DNA of 63,979 nt, counting the filler, from Lama guanicoe (lineage: Eukaryota), in the NCBI GenBank assembly GCA_013239625.1. It is 101 parts of 101 records of this genome, joined end to end, with 100 filler letters (N's around TTAATTAATTAA, not from the genome) between each part and the next. Parts side by side here need not be neighbours in the genome. Positions count along the whole stretch, not along the records: positions 12,221 to 13,035 come from PNXV01026817.1; positions 13,136 to 14,116 come from PNXV01026818.1; positions 14,217 to 15,043 come from PNXV01026819.1; positions 15,144 to 15,480 come from PNXV01026821.1; positions 15,581 to 16,025 come from PNXV01026822.1; positions 16,126 to 16,629 come from PNXV01026823.1; positions 16,730 to 17,181 come from PNXV01026824.1; positions 17,282 to 18,020 come from PNXV01026825.1; 93 more parts are not named here. One strand, given 5' to 3'. The notes under the pieces were generated by a model that had not been told where the DNA came from, searched no databases, and saw only the letters and a list, made by a program, of their open reading frames with translations. Each line of letters opens with the position of its first letter. The stretch's first letter is position 1. Of the stretch, positions 12,221 to 25,560 are shown in pieces. Made by a program: the position numbers and the translations under genes.

Positions 12221-13035
12221 GAATATATAAAAGAGAATATAGGATCCTGAATTTGAAAATGGAATGTTGAACACAGAATTTAGAATATATAGAATACAGA
12301 ATTCTGAGTATAGAATTTAGAATATAGAATGTAGAACACAGAATATAGAATATGGAATACAGAATACTGAATATAGAATTTAGAATATAGAATGTAGAAC
12401 ACAGAATATAGAATATGGAATACAGAATACTGAATATAGAATTTAGAATATAGAATGTAGAACACAGAATATAGAATATGGAATACAGAATACTGAATAT
12501 AGAATTTAGAATATAGAATATAGAAAGAGAATATAGAACCCAGAATTTAGATCATGGAATGCAGAACACAGAATTTAGAATACAGAATACAAAATACTGA
12601 ATATAGAAATTAGAACATCGAATGCAGAACTCAGAATTTCGAATTCAGAATTCAGAATACTGCATATAGAATATAGAACATGGAATGCAGAACACAAAAT
12701 TTAGAATATAGAATATAGAATACTCAAAATAGAATATAGAACATGGAATGCAGAACACAAAATTTAGAATATAGAATATAGAATACTCAAAATAGAATAT
12801 AGAACATGGAATGCAGAACACAAAATTTAGAATATAGAATATAGAATACTCAAAATAGAATATAGAACATGGAATGCAGAACACAAAATTTAGAATATAG
12901 AATATAGAATACTCAAAATAGAATATAGAACATGGAATGCAGAACACAGAATTTGCAATATAGAAAACAGAATACTGAAGATAGATTTTAGCATTTAGAA
13001 TTAAGAACACAGAATATAAAATATAGAATACGGAA
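12221..13035 (+). repeat. AT-rich heptamer satellite with two different 63-bp local units
   Basis: 63-bp repeats at about 12310-12510 and a different 63-mer at about 12670-12940. Confidence 0.93.
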
Positions 13036-13135
13036 NNNNNNNNNNNNNNNNNNNNNNNNNNNNNNNNNNNNNNNNNNNNTTAATTAATTAANNNNNNNNN
13101 NNNNNNNNNNNNNNNNNNNNNNNNNNNNNNNNNNN

Positions 13136-14116
13136 TACATGGGAGTGCAGCCTAGAGTGTGTTGTGTGCCTGTACACCTGGGAGTGCTTCCTACAGTGTC
13201 TCTGTGTGCCTGTCTACATGAGAGTGCAGCCTAGAGTGTCTGTGTGTGCCTGTCTCCCTAGGGGAGCAGCCTGGAGTGTCTCTGTGTGCCTGTCTACCAG
13301 GGAGTGCTGCCTAGAGTGTCTCTGTGTGCCTGTCTACTTGGGAGTGCTGCCGAGAGTGTCTCTGTGTGCCTGGCTAACTGGGAGTGCAGCCTAGAGTATC
13401 TCTGTGTGCCTGTCTACTAGAGAGTGCAGCCTAGAGTGTCAGTGTGTGCCTGTCTACCTCGGAGAGCAGCCTAGAGTGTCCTATGTGACTTTCTCCCTCC
13501 CTGTCTAAATAGGCGTGCAGCTTAGAGTGTCTCTGTGTGCCTGGCTAACTGGGAGTGCAGCCTAGAGTATCTCTGTGTGCCTGTCTACTAGAGAGTGCAG
13601 CCTAGAGTGTCAGTGTGTGCCTGTCTACCTCGGAGAGCAGCCTAGAGTGTCCTATGTGACTTTCTCCCTCCCTGTCTAAATAGGCGTGCAGCTTAGAGTG
13701 TCTCTGTGTGCCTGGCTAACTGGGAGTGCAGCCTAGAGTATCTCTGTGTGCCTGTCTACTAGAGAGTGCAGCCTAGAGTGTCAGTGTGTGCCTGTCTACC
13801 TCGGAGAGCAGCCTAGAGTGTCCTATGTGACTTTCTCCCTCCCTGTCTAAATAGGCGTGCAGCTTAGAGTGTCTCTGTGTGCCTGGCTAACTGGGAGTGC
13901 AGCCTAGAGTATCTCTGTGTGCCTGTCTACTAGAGAGTGCAGCCTAGAGTGTCAGTGTGTGCCTGTCTACCTCGGAGAGCAGCCTAGAGTGTCTCTGTGT
14001 GCCTGTCTACCTGGGAGAGCAGCCTAGAGTGTCCTATGTGACTTTCTCCCTCCCTGTCTAAATAGGCGTGCAGCTTAGAGTGTCTCTGTGTGCCTGTTTA
14101 CCTGGGAGTGCAGCGT
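13136..14116. repeat. 40-bp minisatellite with a 171-bp higher-order repeat
   Basis: Unit GGAGTGCAGCCTAGAGTGTCTCTGTGTGCCTGTCTACCTG at 13301/13341/13381/13421; block of 3x40+51 repeats at 13461, 13632, 13803, 13974. Confidence 0.92.
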
Positions 14117-15143
14117 NNNNNNNNNNNNNNNNNNNNNNNNNNNNNNNNNNNNNNNNNNNNTTAATTAATTAANNNNNNNNNNNNNNNNNNNNNNNNNNNN
14201 NNNNNNNNNNNNNNNNGTCCTTCTGGAGTTAGTTTAGCCTGAAATGAGCAAAGGCAAGTACCCCCATTTTACACAAACAGCAGACGACTTTCACAATTTT
14301 ATACCTTTTAAAAATATATGAACTGTAATGTTGTAGAACTTTACAAGAGGCAGTGACCTTCAGTACTGTCAGCAATGGAGGCAGAACAGTTGGAGGGACA
14401 AAAGGTGCTCGTGCTCAGTGGCTGAAGTCACACAACATCCACGGCCTCCTCTGGTTACTCTTATAGGGTTGGTGCTGTCTGCAGGCTTTCAGGGCTCTGT
14501 CCCCCTCCCCACCAAATATATATATTAGAAAAAGTGTTGAGCCTCAGTAAAAAAACAATAAAGACTTAGTAGGGGAAATTGAGTTTATTGTTTTTAAAAA
14601 GAAAAATTAGCATCCAGGTAGTTTAATTTCAGCTCCTAATAGACTGATGTGATGACATTGACAAGGATGCAGGTGTTTACCTGCAAGATCATGGGGCAGG
14701 ACTGGAGACGCTGAAGCAGCAATCACCACACACAAACTTCACTGCTGTTCTTGACAGCCTTATTGAATTACTTGATTTAAAATAGACCATAGATGTTAAA
14801 TATCATCAGTTTGAGAAACCAGTTCTTCTGAAATCTTATATACTAATGTAACTGAATTGGATAAAGAATTGGTAAATGTGTAATAAAGTATCCAAGGAGG
14901 TAACGATTACTGAAAACACCACAAATTGGAGAGGACCACAGCATAATGTGCATATATATTTTAATGATCTGGAAGAATTAGCTCAGCAGTGTACTCAAGA
15001 CATCTAGAGATGATGTCAAATGTGGTTGTCCTTGGATAGCTTTNNNNNNNNNNNNNNNNNNNNNNNNNNNNNNNNNNNNNNNNNNNNTTAATTAATTAAN
15101 NNNNNNNNNNNNNNNNNNNNNNNNNNNNNNNNNNNNNNNNNNN

Positions 15144-15480
15144 ATAGATAATATAGAACCCAGAGTTTAGAACATGGAATGCAGAACAAAGATTTAAAAT
15201 ATAGAATACAAAATACTGTGTATAGTATATGAATATACAATGTAGAACACAGAGTTTAGAATATAGAATACAGAATATTGAATATAAAATTTAGAATCTA
15301 CAATGTAGAACACAGAATAAAGCATATAGAATAGAGAATATAGAACACAGAATTAAGTACATGGAATGTAGAACACAGAATATACAGTATAGACTACAGA
15401 ATGCAGAATATAGAACATAGTATATAGAATGATAAACACAAAATATAGAATATAGAATAGAGAATATAGAACACAGAATT
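15144..15480 (+). repeat. AT-rich heptamer satellite
   Basis: (AGAATAT)n degenerate array. Confidence 0.92.
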
Positions 15481-15580
15481 NNNNNNNNNNNNNNNNNNNN
15501 NNNNNNNNNNNNNNNNNNNNNNNNTTAATTAATTAANNNNNNNNNNNNNNNNNNNNNNNNNNNNNNNNNNNNNNNNNNNN

Positions 15581-16025
15581 CGCGTGGGTTCTAACGGAAT
15601 GCCTAAGCTCGAATCCCCTGGGTTTTTCCAAATGTCCCTTTGCCAGAGAATGCTAGAGGTGTTTGCAGGCAATCCCAATGATAGAGGCTGCCTCCCCAAG
15701 ATCAGGATAACTATTTCTCGGACTTCCCCGTTCAGGGAACACCGGTGACTGAAGAGAGCTGCGTGGAGTTGTCTCTCGAGTTCCCCACGGACTGAAAATT
15801 TTTCGGAATCCTGAGCGTGGTGAGGTTCCACCAACAGTCGGCAGGGCGTGGGTTCTAACGGAATGCCTAAGCTCGACTCCCCTGGGTTTTTTCCTAATGT
15901 CTCTGTGCCAGGGAATGCTAGGGGGGTTTGCAGGCAATACTAGTGACATAGGCTGCCTCCCCAAGATCAGGATAACTATTTCTCGGACTTCCCCGTTCAG
16001 GGAACACCGGTGACTGAAGAGAGCT
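15581..16025 (-). repeat. 267-bp satellite array fragment
   Basis: About 1.7 monomers, reverse orientation. Confidence 0.95.
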
Positions 16026-16159
16026 NNNNNNNNNNNNNNNNNNNNNNNNNNNNNNNNNNNNNNNNNNNNTTAATTAATTAANNNNNNNNNNNNNNNNNNN
16101 NNNNNNNNNNNNNNNNNNNNNNNNNTTTCAAATTATCATCTCTGAGCTGGGTGTTAAAG

Positions 16160-16550
16160 CATGTGTATTTTGCACGTGTCCTTTAAGAGCAAAATCTTTG
16201 TTTCCTACAGCCCTCTGGCTCTTCCATATGCAAGTCCCACTGGCCTTCAAAGCTGATGTTAAATGTGCTCTTCTACCTGGTGGAGAACCCCCAAGAATAA
16301 CTTGCTCCTGGAGGAAAACCTCTGCAATTGCAATGATCATACTGTTTGTAGGTCACCTGCCCAAAGATGTAGGTCTCGAATTTATCCAGCCTTCACCCCT
16401 CCTACACATCTCATTGTGGTTCCTGCTTTGTATCTTTAGTTCCGGACAAATCTTTTCCATCTCTGTAAATAGTTGTAATTTTTGTGCTTCCATGGGAGGA
16501 GGTGAGGTGAGCTCAGGGTCTTCCTATTCTTGTCACTTGGCCAGTCTTCT
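16160..16550 (-). mobile_element. Probable old L1 5' UTR fragment
   Basis: Ends GGAGGAGGTGAG..GCTCAGGGTCTTCCTATTCT..CTTGGCC, resembling the antisense 5' terminus of laurasiatherian L1s (recognised from memory). Confidence 0.45.
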
Positions 16551-18439
16551 TTACAACTATTTTCTTATTTTAAAAATTACCTATGTTCTTTTAAAAGTAT
16601 TTGCTTTTGTATCTTAAACTCATTTTAGCNNNNNNNNNNNNNNNNNNNNNNNNNNNNNNNNNNNNNNNNNNNNTTAATTAATTAANNNNNNNNNNNNNNN
16701 NNNNNNNNNNNNNNNNNNNNNNNNNNNNNAAGAATGAAACAGGAGATGAAGAAAGCAGAGGAGGAAAGACAAGAAATGTGATGGTATAAATGTTTGAAAT
16801 AAAAGCAGCTCCTGCCCTTCCCTGTCTTTGCTGCTGAAGATGCTCCTGGCCTTAATTATCTCCCAGTTCAAAATCCCTGATGCCCAGAGAGACTTGACCC
16901 CAGACGCAGCACCTGCTGAGATGCGGGAGGGAACTGGCTCAGGTGTGCAGTGGTGGCCGGCCCCCTGGGTACCAGGAGGCAGGAGGAAAGAGGATGGAGA
17001 GGGAGCTCAGTCTTCCGGAATTATCGATGCATCAGAAGCGTTCTCCTCCAGACATGCAACAGATTACAGGTACGAGCAGGGGCCAAGCCTGACTCACGGG
17101 GTCAAAAGATTAGCACTGAAATCCACAGGGTGCAATAACGTGCTGTTTCTGGTTAATAAGACGCCTGCACCAACCTGGGCTNNNNNNNNNNNNNNNNNNN
17201 NNNNNNNNNNNNNNNNNNNNNNNNNTTAATTAATTAANNNNNNNNNNNNNNNNNNNNNNNNNNNNNNNNNNNNNNNNNNNNCTTACGTCTCCTGTGCAGG
17301 TGACTTACTGCCTGTTTCTATGTCCCACCAGTTTCTGTAGGATGTTGCTAATGAGATTTTATATTTTCAAATCTAAGTGATGACTTTAAGTTGCATGTAC
17401 AAAATGAAGTGTGGATAAAGATTATCTAATCCATATTGTTTCAAAGGATAAAGTAAAAAAAACCTACGCTGACACCAGTTTATGTGAAACATACCAGGGA
17501 GATTGGGCTGAACTGTGGGAAGCATAAATAATACTCAGACTTTCTAAGCAACTGTTAAGTAACTAGGAGTAGTTATTGATAAGCCCAATACCTTAACGTA
17601 GGTAGGGACAGAGCAGAGAATCAGTCCTGATTGCTCTGTCTCGTAAACGCTGGGTGTTTGACTCTGAATTGCATCTACACCAGCTAGACTGACTCTGAAG
17701 ACGGTTTGCTGGTAGATTGGAATTGAGTGTCTTGTAGGTAAAAATCTATATTCCAGGCAAGAGGATAGAGAAGAGAAAAGACATAGTCACTGTTTCCATG
17801 ACACTTATAATCCATTGTGGAAATCTCCCGTTAGACAGGAATTTCAAGAGTCGTGAAGAATGAGAAAGTGCTATGGAAGTGTGTGATTGGGGCAAAAGTA
17901 GAAATCATGCTTACCTGGAGAACTGAAGGATGAGTAAGGGTTTCTTAAAGGAAGAAGTGGAGAGATGTTTCTGGTCCATGTAAGTCCTGCTGTGGGAGGA
18001 AACATGGTGTCTTAGAGGTANNNNNNNNNNNNNNNNNNNNNNNNNNNNNNNNNNNNNNNNNNNNTTAATTAATTAANNNNNNNNNNNNNNNNNNNNNNNN
18101 NNNNNNNNNNNNNNNNNNNNGACAATGTGCTATCCTGAAGCGCTAAGCAAAGGAAACAAAAAAAAAAAATAACGTGTTTAAGCCTTCTTTTACAAACAGG
18201 AAAATTAATACTTTAAGAAGTTGCAACAACGCCACCTATGGCTAAAAAGACCTTCCACGTTCCCGGGAAACATGCAACACAAAAATTGCCTGTTGGATGA
18301 GAAACAAGAATCAGATAACTAAAATCTTATGTACCACATACTTCACTTCGCTTCGGGGAAGGGAGGGGTATTCAGTATTGAATCTGATAATGCTAATATT
18401 CCTGAATATAAACAAAAGACACAGGCTCATGGAAACTCA

Positions 18440-18510
18440 TCTTAGAAGAGGAAAGAATCCAGTCCAGCCACTTCATTTTACAGGAGGGGAGACTGAGAAA
18501 TGGGATCAGT
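18440..18510. mobile_element. Possible MIR fragment
   Basis: TCCAGTCCAGCCACTTCATTTTACAGGAGGGGAGACTGAG resembles the MIR core. Confidence 0.45.
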
Positions 18511-19305
18511 CCTCCAGGCCATTGGCAGTAAAGCTCTCCTAGGCCTCATGTCTTGCACTGTAGCAAAAACCAACAGATCTGTACTAGGCCTATATTCATA
18601 GAGTCACGTCTGTATTTTTCTAACATTAGATAATCTAAGTATCTTGCAAAATACTTCTCAAAGTGCCAGGAAATCATACAAGTGTATTGAAATACAAAAA
18701 CATTTATTTACATNNNNNNNNNNNNNNNNNNNNNNNNNNNNNNNNNNNNNNNNNNNNTTAATTAATTAANNNNNNNNNNNNNNNNNNNNNNNNNNNNNNN
18801 NNNNNNNNNNNNNAGTCTATCAATATCAAAATAAAATGTATTATTCATTAAAAATATAAAACTCTTCCTCACAGGAGGGCTTTAATTATTAAATGCAAAA
18901 ATGCATGTTAAGCTCTTGGAACAACACTTTGCACTTCCACATACAGTCACTGCTGTCGCTGCCACTCAGAGGGTCCCATCACTGATGAGAGCTGCCTCCA
19001 CTGGCTCCCCTGCAGACAGTAGTGAGGGCCTGAGCTCTGACAGGCAGGGTGANNNNNNNNNNNNNNNNNNNNNNNNNNNNNNNNNNNNNNNNNNNNTTAA
19101 TTAATTAANNNNNNNNNNNNNNNNNNNNNNNNNNNNNNNNNNNNNNNNNNNNGTCTTTCCTGTGCTACACCTTGTAAACTGTCTTACACCAACAAGCTGC
19201 AGCAACCACATGACTCTCCTCATTAATTTCCTGTCTCTCAGGATCACTGTCCTGCATTGCCAGAATTCCAGTCTCTTGAAAACTTTCGCTTCATCTATGC
19301 TGTCT

Positions 19306-19343
19306 ATTTTTGTTTTTGTTTTTGTTTTTGTTTTTGTTTTTTT
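19306..19343. repeat. (TTTTTG)n microsatellite
   Basis: About six direct copies. Confidence 0.9.
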
Positions 19344-20304
19344 CAGGTGGGAGATCCCTATTACTCCAATGTGGCCAGAAGTAGAAGTCCCTGTCACCAG
19401 AATTCACTTTTTTCCCATTACATATTAAATAACAGGTAAGTTCACCCNNNNNNNNNNNNNNNNNNNNNNNNNNNNNNNNNNNNNNNNNNNNTTAATTAAT
19501 TAANNNNNNNNNNNNNNNNNNNNNNNNNNNNNNNNNNNNNNNNNNNNTGCCGCAAGGCCAGCTTGTTTCCATTCCTCTTCTGTCCAGCTGCATCCTTAGA
19601 CAGCCAGGTCAGTGAAGGTCTAACCCGCACTTCAGATAAAGCCAATCAGAACACCCGGCAGCGGACTGTTAGGACTGGGCTACCGCCAACTCCCTGCGCC
19701 CCAGACGCCAAGTATGCCAAGATAAAGAAGAAGACTACTTGTGCAAGTCAAAGTTCAAGAACATGAGCCAGGGCTCCACCCAGTCTCCATAATAAAAGCA
19801 TTTTGAAATGAAATCAGGAGGGAACGTGTCACCTTCTACAAGAGCTTGCTCAGAAGACAAAAGAAAAAGACAAGTCATGCTCTTCAGAAACTGTCCACCT
19901 GGCTATCTTTATGTTAATATTGACTTGGAATGTAACCCAAGTCACAGAAAAGCAAAGGAATGAGCTTACTAATTCTGCAGCTGAACCTTTAGAGCATTCA
20001 GGGTCTAATTAAGTTGATGGGTTTCATCCTCCTGTCACCGCTGTTGAAAGAATCAAAAGAAACAGCTCTACAGCCTCATATTCCCAGGATAGTATCAGCA
20101 GGGCTGGGGTGAGGGGAGAATAAAAGCAAGTGAGACCAGACCTACTGCACCAAGTGTTCACTCCTCTCTCCCCTCTCCCTGAGCCCCCAGAGCTTGTGGG
20201 CTTANNNNNNNNNNNNNNNNNNNNNNNNNNNNNNNNNNNNNNNNNNNNTTAATTAATTAANNNNNNNNNNNNNNNNNNNNNNNNNNNNNNNNNNNNNNNN
20301 NNNN

Positions 20305-20796
20305 GAATTAGGAAAAAGACTGAGAAAGCAGAGTAAGTGTTTTTTCCTGCAACACGTTCCTTTGTGCTAGAAGAACGAACGTCTCTCCACATGCTCAGTT
20401 CTGAGAGAGAAGTGTGTGTGAAAGCCGTCCTTCACCTAGCTTGAATGGAACAGAAAGTTTCTTTTCAGCTGCAAACTCCACTGAATTCATATTTATGGGG
20501 AGGTACAATCTCCATATCGGTTTTTCGGAGAAAACTTCAGAATCTTCAAACCGGCAATAGGAAACAGACTGAGAAACCAGAGTAAGGGTTTCTCCTGCAA
20601 ACTTTTCCCCCTGTGCTAGATGAACGAACGTCTCTCCACATGCTCAGTTCTGAGAGATAAATGTGTGTGAAAGCCATCCTTCACCTTAGCTTGAAGGGAA
20701 CACAAAATTTCTTTTCAGATGCAGACTCCACTACATACTTATATATAGGTAGTTAGAATCTCCAAATCGGTTTTACAGTGAAAACTGCAGGAACTT
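20305..20796 (-). repeat. 249-bp satellite array fragment
   Basis: Reverse complement of the monomer seen at 34756 and 41849; about 2 copies. Confidence 0.93.
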
Positions 20797-20896
20797 NNNN
20801 NNNNNNNNNNNNNNNNNNNNNNNNNNNNNNNNNNNNNNNNTTAATTAATTAANNNNNNNNNNNNNNNNNNNNNNNNNNNNNNNNNNNNNNNNNNNN

Positions 20897-21376
20897 AGAG
20901 AGAGGACAAAAATAAAGAAAATAAGAAAGGAAAATGGAGAATGAGAAAAACGTAAGAGAATACTATGAACAACTATATGGCAACAAATTGGACAACCTAG
21001 AAGAAATGGACAAATTTCTAGAAATGTACAGTCCATCAAACTTGATCAAGAAGAAAAAAATAATTTGAACAGACTGATCACTAGAAGTGAAATAGAATCA
21101 ATAGAAAAAAAAAATGAAACTCTCTGTAAACAGAAGTCCAAGACCAGATGGCACTGGGTCATTCTACCAAACATACAAAGAACTGACACCGATCCTTCTC
21201 AAATTCTTCGAAAATATGAAATAGGAAAAGAACAGTCTGAAACTCATTCCATGAAGCCATCATCACCCTGATACCAAAACCAAACAAAGATACTACCAAA
21301 AGAGAAAATTGTAGGCCAATATCATTCATGAACATAGAAGCAAAAATTCTCAACAAAATATTAGCAAACCAAATTC
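20897..21376 (+). mobile_element. L1 ORF2 fragment (degraded)
   Basis: Encodes EYYEQLYGNKLDNLEEMDKFLE and [38 protein letters not shown]. Confidence 0.93.
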
Positions 21377-22181
21377 NNNNNNNNNNNNNNNNNNNNNNNN
21401 NNNNNNNNNNNNNNNNNNNNTTAATTAATTAANNNNNNNNNNNNNNNNNNNNNNNNNNNNNNNNNNNNNNNNNNNNAGCAAGTCAAAGATAATTTTTTGT
21501 TGTATTTCCTTTCAATATTTTTTCTGTGTACCTTTTTAAAAATCCACAATTTATGCCACATTTTGTGTTTTGTTTTCCAATCGAATGTTTTACCTTCATA
21601 ATGTTATTAATTGCTATTTTTACACATAGTTAACTCCTCCTCAAGACTCTAGTTTTTAGTTGTTCAGTAATAACCAAACCTACTAGTTAGGTGAGTTGTT
21701 TTCAGCTTTTTACTGTTAGGATGACGAGGACATCTTATTACATCAATCTCCAGGTTGCCGATTTATTCCTTGAAAAAAATGCTAGAAATGGAACCTGCTA
21801 GGTAAAAAGATTAAAATGAACCTATCAAATTGCCTGACCCAAGTCTCTCATTAAGGCTTTGATTGAAATTGTTTTAAAGATCAAATTTTTGCAGTGCTTC
21901 GTTTTTCCATTCGAGGATGTGATTATGTCTTTCTGGTTATTTAAGTTGTCTTTTATGCTTCTTTTGTGTCTTCGTATACACCCTGTCCTTTTCTTGTTAA
22001 ATTTATGTTTGTAAACGGCCAGTATTTTTGTCTAAGAATTGTACCCTCTCTGCTTAAATTCCCATGTGTGAAATGAATAGCNNNNNNNNNNNNNNNNNNN
22101 NNNNNNNNNNNNNNNNNNNNNNNNNTTAATTAATTAANNNNNNNNNNNNNNNNNNNNNNNNNNNNNNNNNNNNNNNNNNNN

Positions 22182-22753
22182 AAGTCCCAGGGACAGAGTC
22201 TGCCTCCCCAAGGTCAGAGAAGGTATTTCTGGGATTTCCCCGAACAAGGAACACCTGTGACTGAAGAGAGCTGCGTGGAGTTATCTCTCGAGGACCCCCA
22301 CGCACTGACAATATTTCCGGAATCCTGAGCGTGGGGAGGGTCCACTAACGGTCGGCAGTGCGTGGGTTCTAACGGAATTCCTAAGCTCGACTCCCCTGAG
22401 GGTTTTCCTAATGTCTCTGTGCCAGGGAATGCTAGGGGGATTGCAGGAAATCCCAGTGACAGAGGCTGCCTCCCCAAGGTCAGGGAAGGTATTTCTCGGA
22501 CTTCCCCGAACAGGGAACACCTGTGACTAAAGAGAGCTGCGTGGAGTTGTCTCTCGAGCTCCTCCCGCACTGAAAACGGTTCCGGAATCCTGAGCGAGGG
22601 GAGGTTCCACCAACGGTCGGCAGCGCGTGGGTTCTAAAGGAATGCCTAAGCTCGTCTCCCCTGAAGGATTTCCTAATGTCTCTGTGCCAAGGAATGCTAG
22701 GGGTTTTGCAGGAAGTCCCAGAGGCAGAAGCTGCTCCCCAAGGTAAGGGAAGG
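22182..22753 (-). repeat. 267-bp satellite array fragment
   Basis: About 2.1 monomers, reverse orientation. Confidence 0.95.
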
Positions 22754-22853
22754 NNNNNNNNNNNNNNNNNNNNNNNNNNNNNNNNNNNNNNNNNNNNTTA
22801 ATTAATTAANNNNNNNNNNNNNNNNNNNNNNNNNNNNNNNNNNNNNNNNNNNN

Positions 22854-23467
22854 CACAGAATATAAAATATAGAATATAGAATACTGAATATAGAATTTAG
22901 AACTTGCAGTGCAGAACACAGAATTTAGAAAATCGAATACAGAATACTGAATATAGAATTTGGAATATAGAATGCAGAACACAGAATATAGAATATTAAA
23001 TAGTCAATATAGAACCCAGAATATAAAAGATGGAACGCAGAACACAGAATTTAGAAAATAGAATACAAAATACTGAATATAGAATTTAGAATATAGAATG
23101 ACGAACACAGAATATAGAATATTAAATAGTCAATATAGAACCCAGAATATAAAAGATGGAACGCAGAACACAGAATTTAGAATAAAGAATAGAGAATACT
23201 GAAAATAGAATATAGAACATGGATTGCAGAACACAGAATTTAGAAAATACAAAACAAAGTACTGAATATAGAATTTAGAAAATAGAATTAAGAACTCAGA
23301 ATATAGAATATAGATTAGATTACATAGACCCCAGAATTTAGAATATGCAATGCAGAACACAGAATTTAGAATATAGAATACAGAATACAGAATAAAAAAT
23401 TTAGAATACACAATGTACAACACATAATATAGAATATAAAATACGGAAAGCAAAATATATTATGTAG
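22854..23467 (+). repeat. AT-rich heptamer satellite
   Basis: (AGAATAT)n; duplication at 126-bp offset (23001/23127). Confidence 0.93.
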
Positions 23468-23567
23468 NNNNNNNNNNNNNNNNNNNNNNNNNNNNNNNNN
23501 NNNNNNNNNNNTTAATTAATTAANNNNNNNNNNNNNNNNNNNNNNNNNNNNNNNNNNNNNNNNNNNN

Positions 23568-24210
23568 ACATTTTTGAGATGTATGTCAGATAATGTTTTG
23601 CCTATATTTTCTTCTGAGAGGTTTATTGAATCTTGTCTTCTGTTTAACTCTTTGATCCATTTTGAATTTATTTTTGTGTATGGTGTAAGGGAGTGTTATA
23701 GCTTCATTGCTTTACATGCTGCTGTCCAGTTTTCCCAACACCATTTGCAGAAGAGACTGTCTTTATTCCATTGTATAGTCTTGCCTCCTTTGTCGAAGAT
23801 TACTTGACCAAACTTTTGTGCATTCATTTCTGGGCTATCTTTTCTGTTCCATCAGTCCATATGTCTGTTTTTGTACCAATACCATGCTGTCTTGATGACT
23901 GTAGCTCTGTAGTCTTGTCTAAAGTCTGGAAGAGTTATTCCTCCAGCCTCTTTCTTTCTCTTCAGTAATGCTTTGGCAATTCTAGGGCTTTGATGGTTCC
24001 ATATAAATTTTATTAGATTGCTTCTAGTTCTGTGAAATATGTCCTGGGTAATTTGATAGGGATTGCATTAAATCTGTAGATTTACTTAGGCAGTGTGACC
24101 ATTTTAACAATACTGATTCTTCCCGTCCAGGAGCATGGAATATCTTTCCATCTTTTTAAGACTTCTTTAATTTCCTTCATCAGTGTTTTATAGTTTTCCA
24201 TGTATAAGTC
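23568..24210 (-). mobile_element. L1 ORF2 fragment
   Basis: Typical antisense L1 text: CCAGTTTTCCCAACACCATTTG, GTACCAATACCATGCTGT, GATAGGGATTGCATTAAATCTGTAGAT. Confidence 0.93.
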
Positions 24211-25029
24211 NNNNNNNNNNNNNNNNNNNNNNNNNNNNNNNNNNNNNNNNNNNNTTAATTAATTAANNNNNNNNNNNNNNNNNNNNNNNNNNNNNNNNNN
24301 NNNNNNNNNNTGACATCTCGAAAGAGGGACAGCCGGGCATCCCATGCTTCCTCATGGGCATGCGTAGCACCATCTGTGAAGTTTACCGTAAAGTAAACTC
24401 TTGAACCTGCATGTGATGAGCTGCTAAGATTTAATTATTAGAAAATAGTGAGTGTAAATACTGACACTTGTGTAACAAAATGGCCTCAAAAGCCTAATAA
24501 AACCTAATATAAAGGAGCTGTAGTTTAGAAGAAATGAAAAAAAAAAGGTAATAATTTGTGACTTAATACGTTAACATAATTCAGTGAAAGAGGACAAGGA
24601 AAACCTAAAGAAAGAAAGATCAGAGGCCTGGCGAGTGAAGTGTGATGAGAAAAGTGCTGAAACTTTTCTCACTTCTGACACCTAATCTCATTCATTTTGG
24701 CTTAATTTCCTTCTGAGTCCTTCCTCAGTTGATTAGCTTCGAACTCGTTTATGTAGTTGTCTCACAGCAAAGATAACCTTATTTTATGATATGAAAAGAA
24801 GATACAGTTTGNNNNNNNNNNNNNNNNNNNNNNNNNNNNNNNNNNNNNNNNNNNNTTAATTAATTAANNNNNNNNNNNNNNNNNNNNNNNNNNNNNNNNN
24901 NNNNNNNNNNNATGTTGCCTCGAGAACAGAAGAGCAAGAAGAGCAAATCAATTTGAGAGAGAGATGGAGAGACAAACAAACAGAGGATACTTGTGATTTA
25001 ACAATTCTATTCCAGGTATAAACAAAACA

Positions 25030-25560
25030 GAAATGCATGGAAACGTTTACTAAAAGACGTGTATATGGAAGACCACAGTGGCAGTGTTCATAGTATCCAA
25101 AACTGTTAAACTACTCAATGCCCGTCAATCGTGAAAGATATTAAAAATTAAGATACATTAATACACTGGAAAACCATACAGAAACGAAAGACAACGAACA
25201 CTGCATCAACACTATGGATAAACTTTACAAAACTAACATTAAGTCAATGAAGTCAAAGTCTTCATTTATATACATTTCAAAACCAAGAAAATCTAGTCTG
25301 TGTGATTATGCACTAGAATCATATTTCTCCTGGGTTGGAGGAGTAGTAGTAACTGGATTTGACCATAAAGGGAGCTTTCGTGGATCCAATAATGTTCTAC
25401 TGTTGCCATTGTTGCTTCCCCAGAAAACACTGATACTTTGCAGCATCAGTGCTGATTCACATGATGATTACATATTTATCATCATTTTGTAAAAATTTCT
25501 TACAGCAGCACACTTACGATTTGAGCTTTGTTTTTCAAGATTGTTGTACATAAATAAAAT
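25030..25560 (+). mobile_element. Probable ancient L1 (L1ME-like) 3' region
   Basis: Degenerate GCAGTGTTCATAGTATCCAAAACTG..CAATGCCC..TCAA and later 3'UTR-like text. Confidence 0.45.

Noticed and set aside
13136..14116. Immunoglobulin switch region (40-bp unit, G-containing repeats); also considered for 34159-34655
   Set aside because: Both lack the dense GAGCT/GGGCT pentamers and AGCT hotspots characteristic of switch regions.
18228..18243. CTCF-like motif (ACGCCACCTATGGC); similar partial motif near 40539
   Set aside because: Spacing is 1-2 nt short of the CTCF core consensus; not distinguishable from chance.
22495..22511. CENP-B box-like TTCGGGGAAGTCCGA in the 267-bp monomer (minus strand here)
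   Set aside because: Only 7 of 9 essential positions of TTCGnnnnAnnCGGG match, and many monomers have CTCG instead. Not a supported box.
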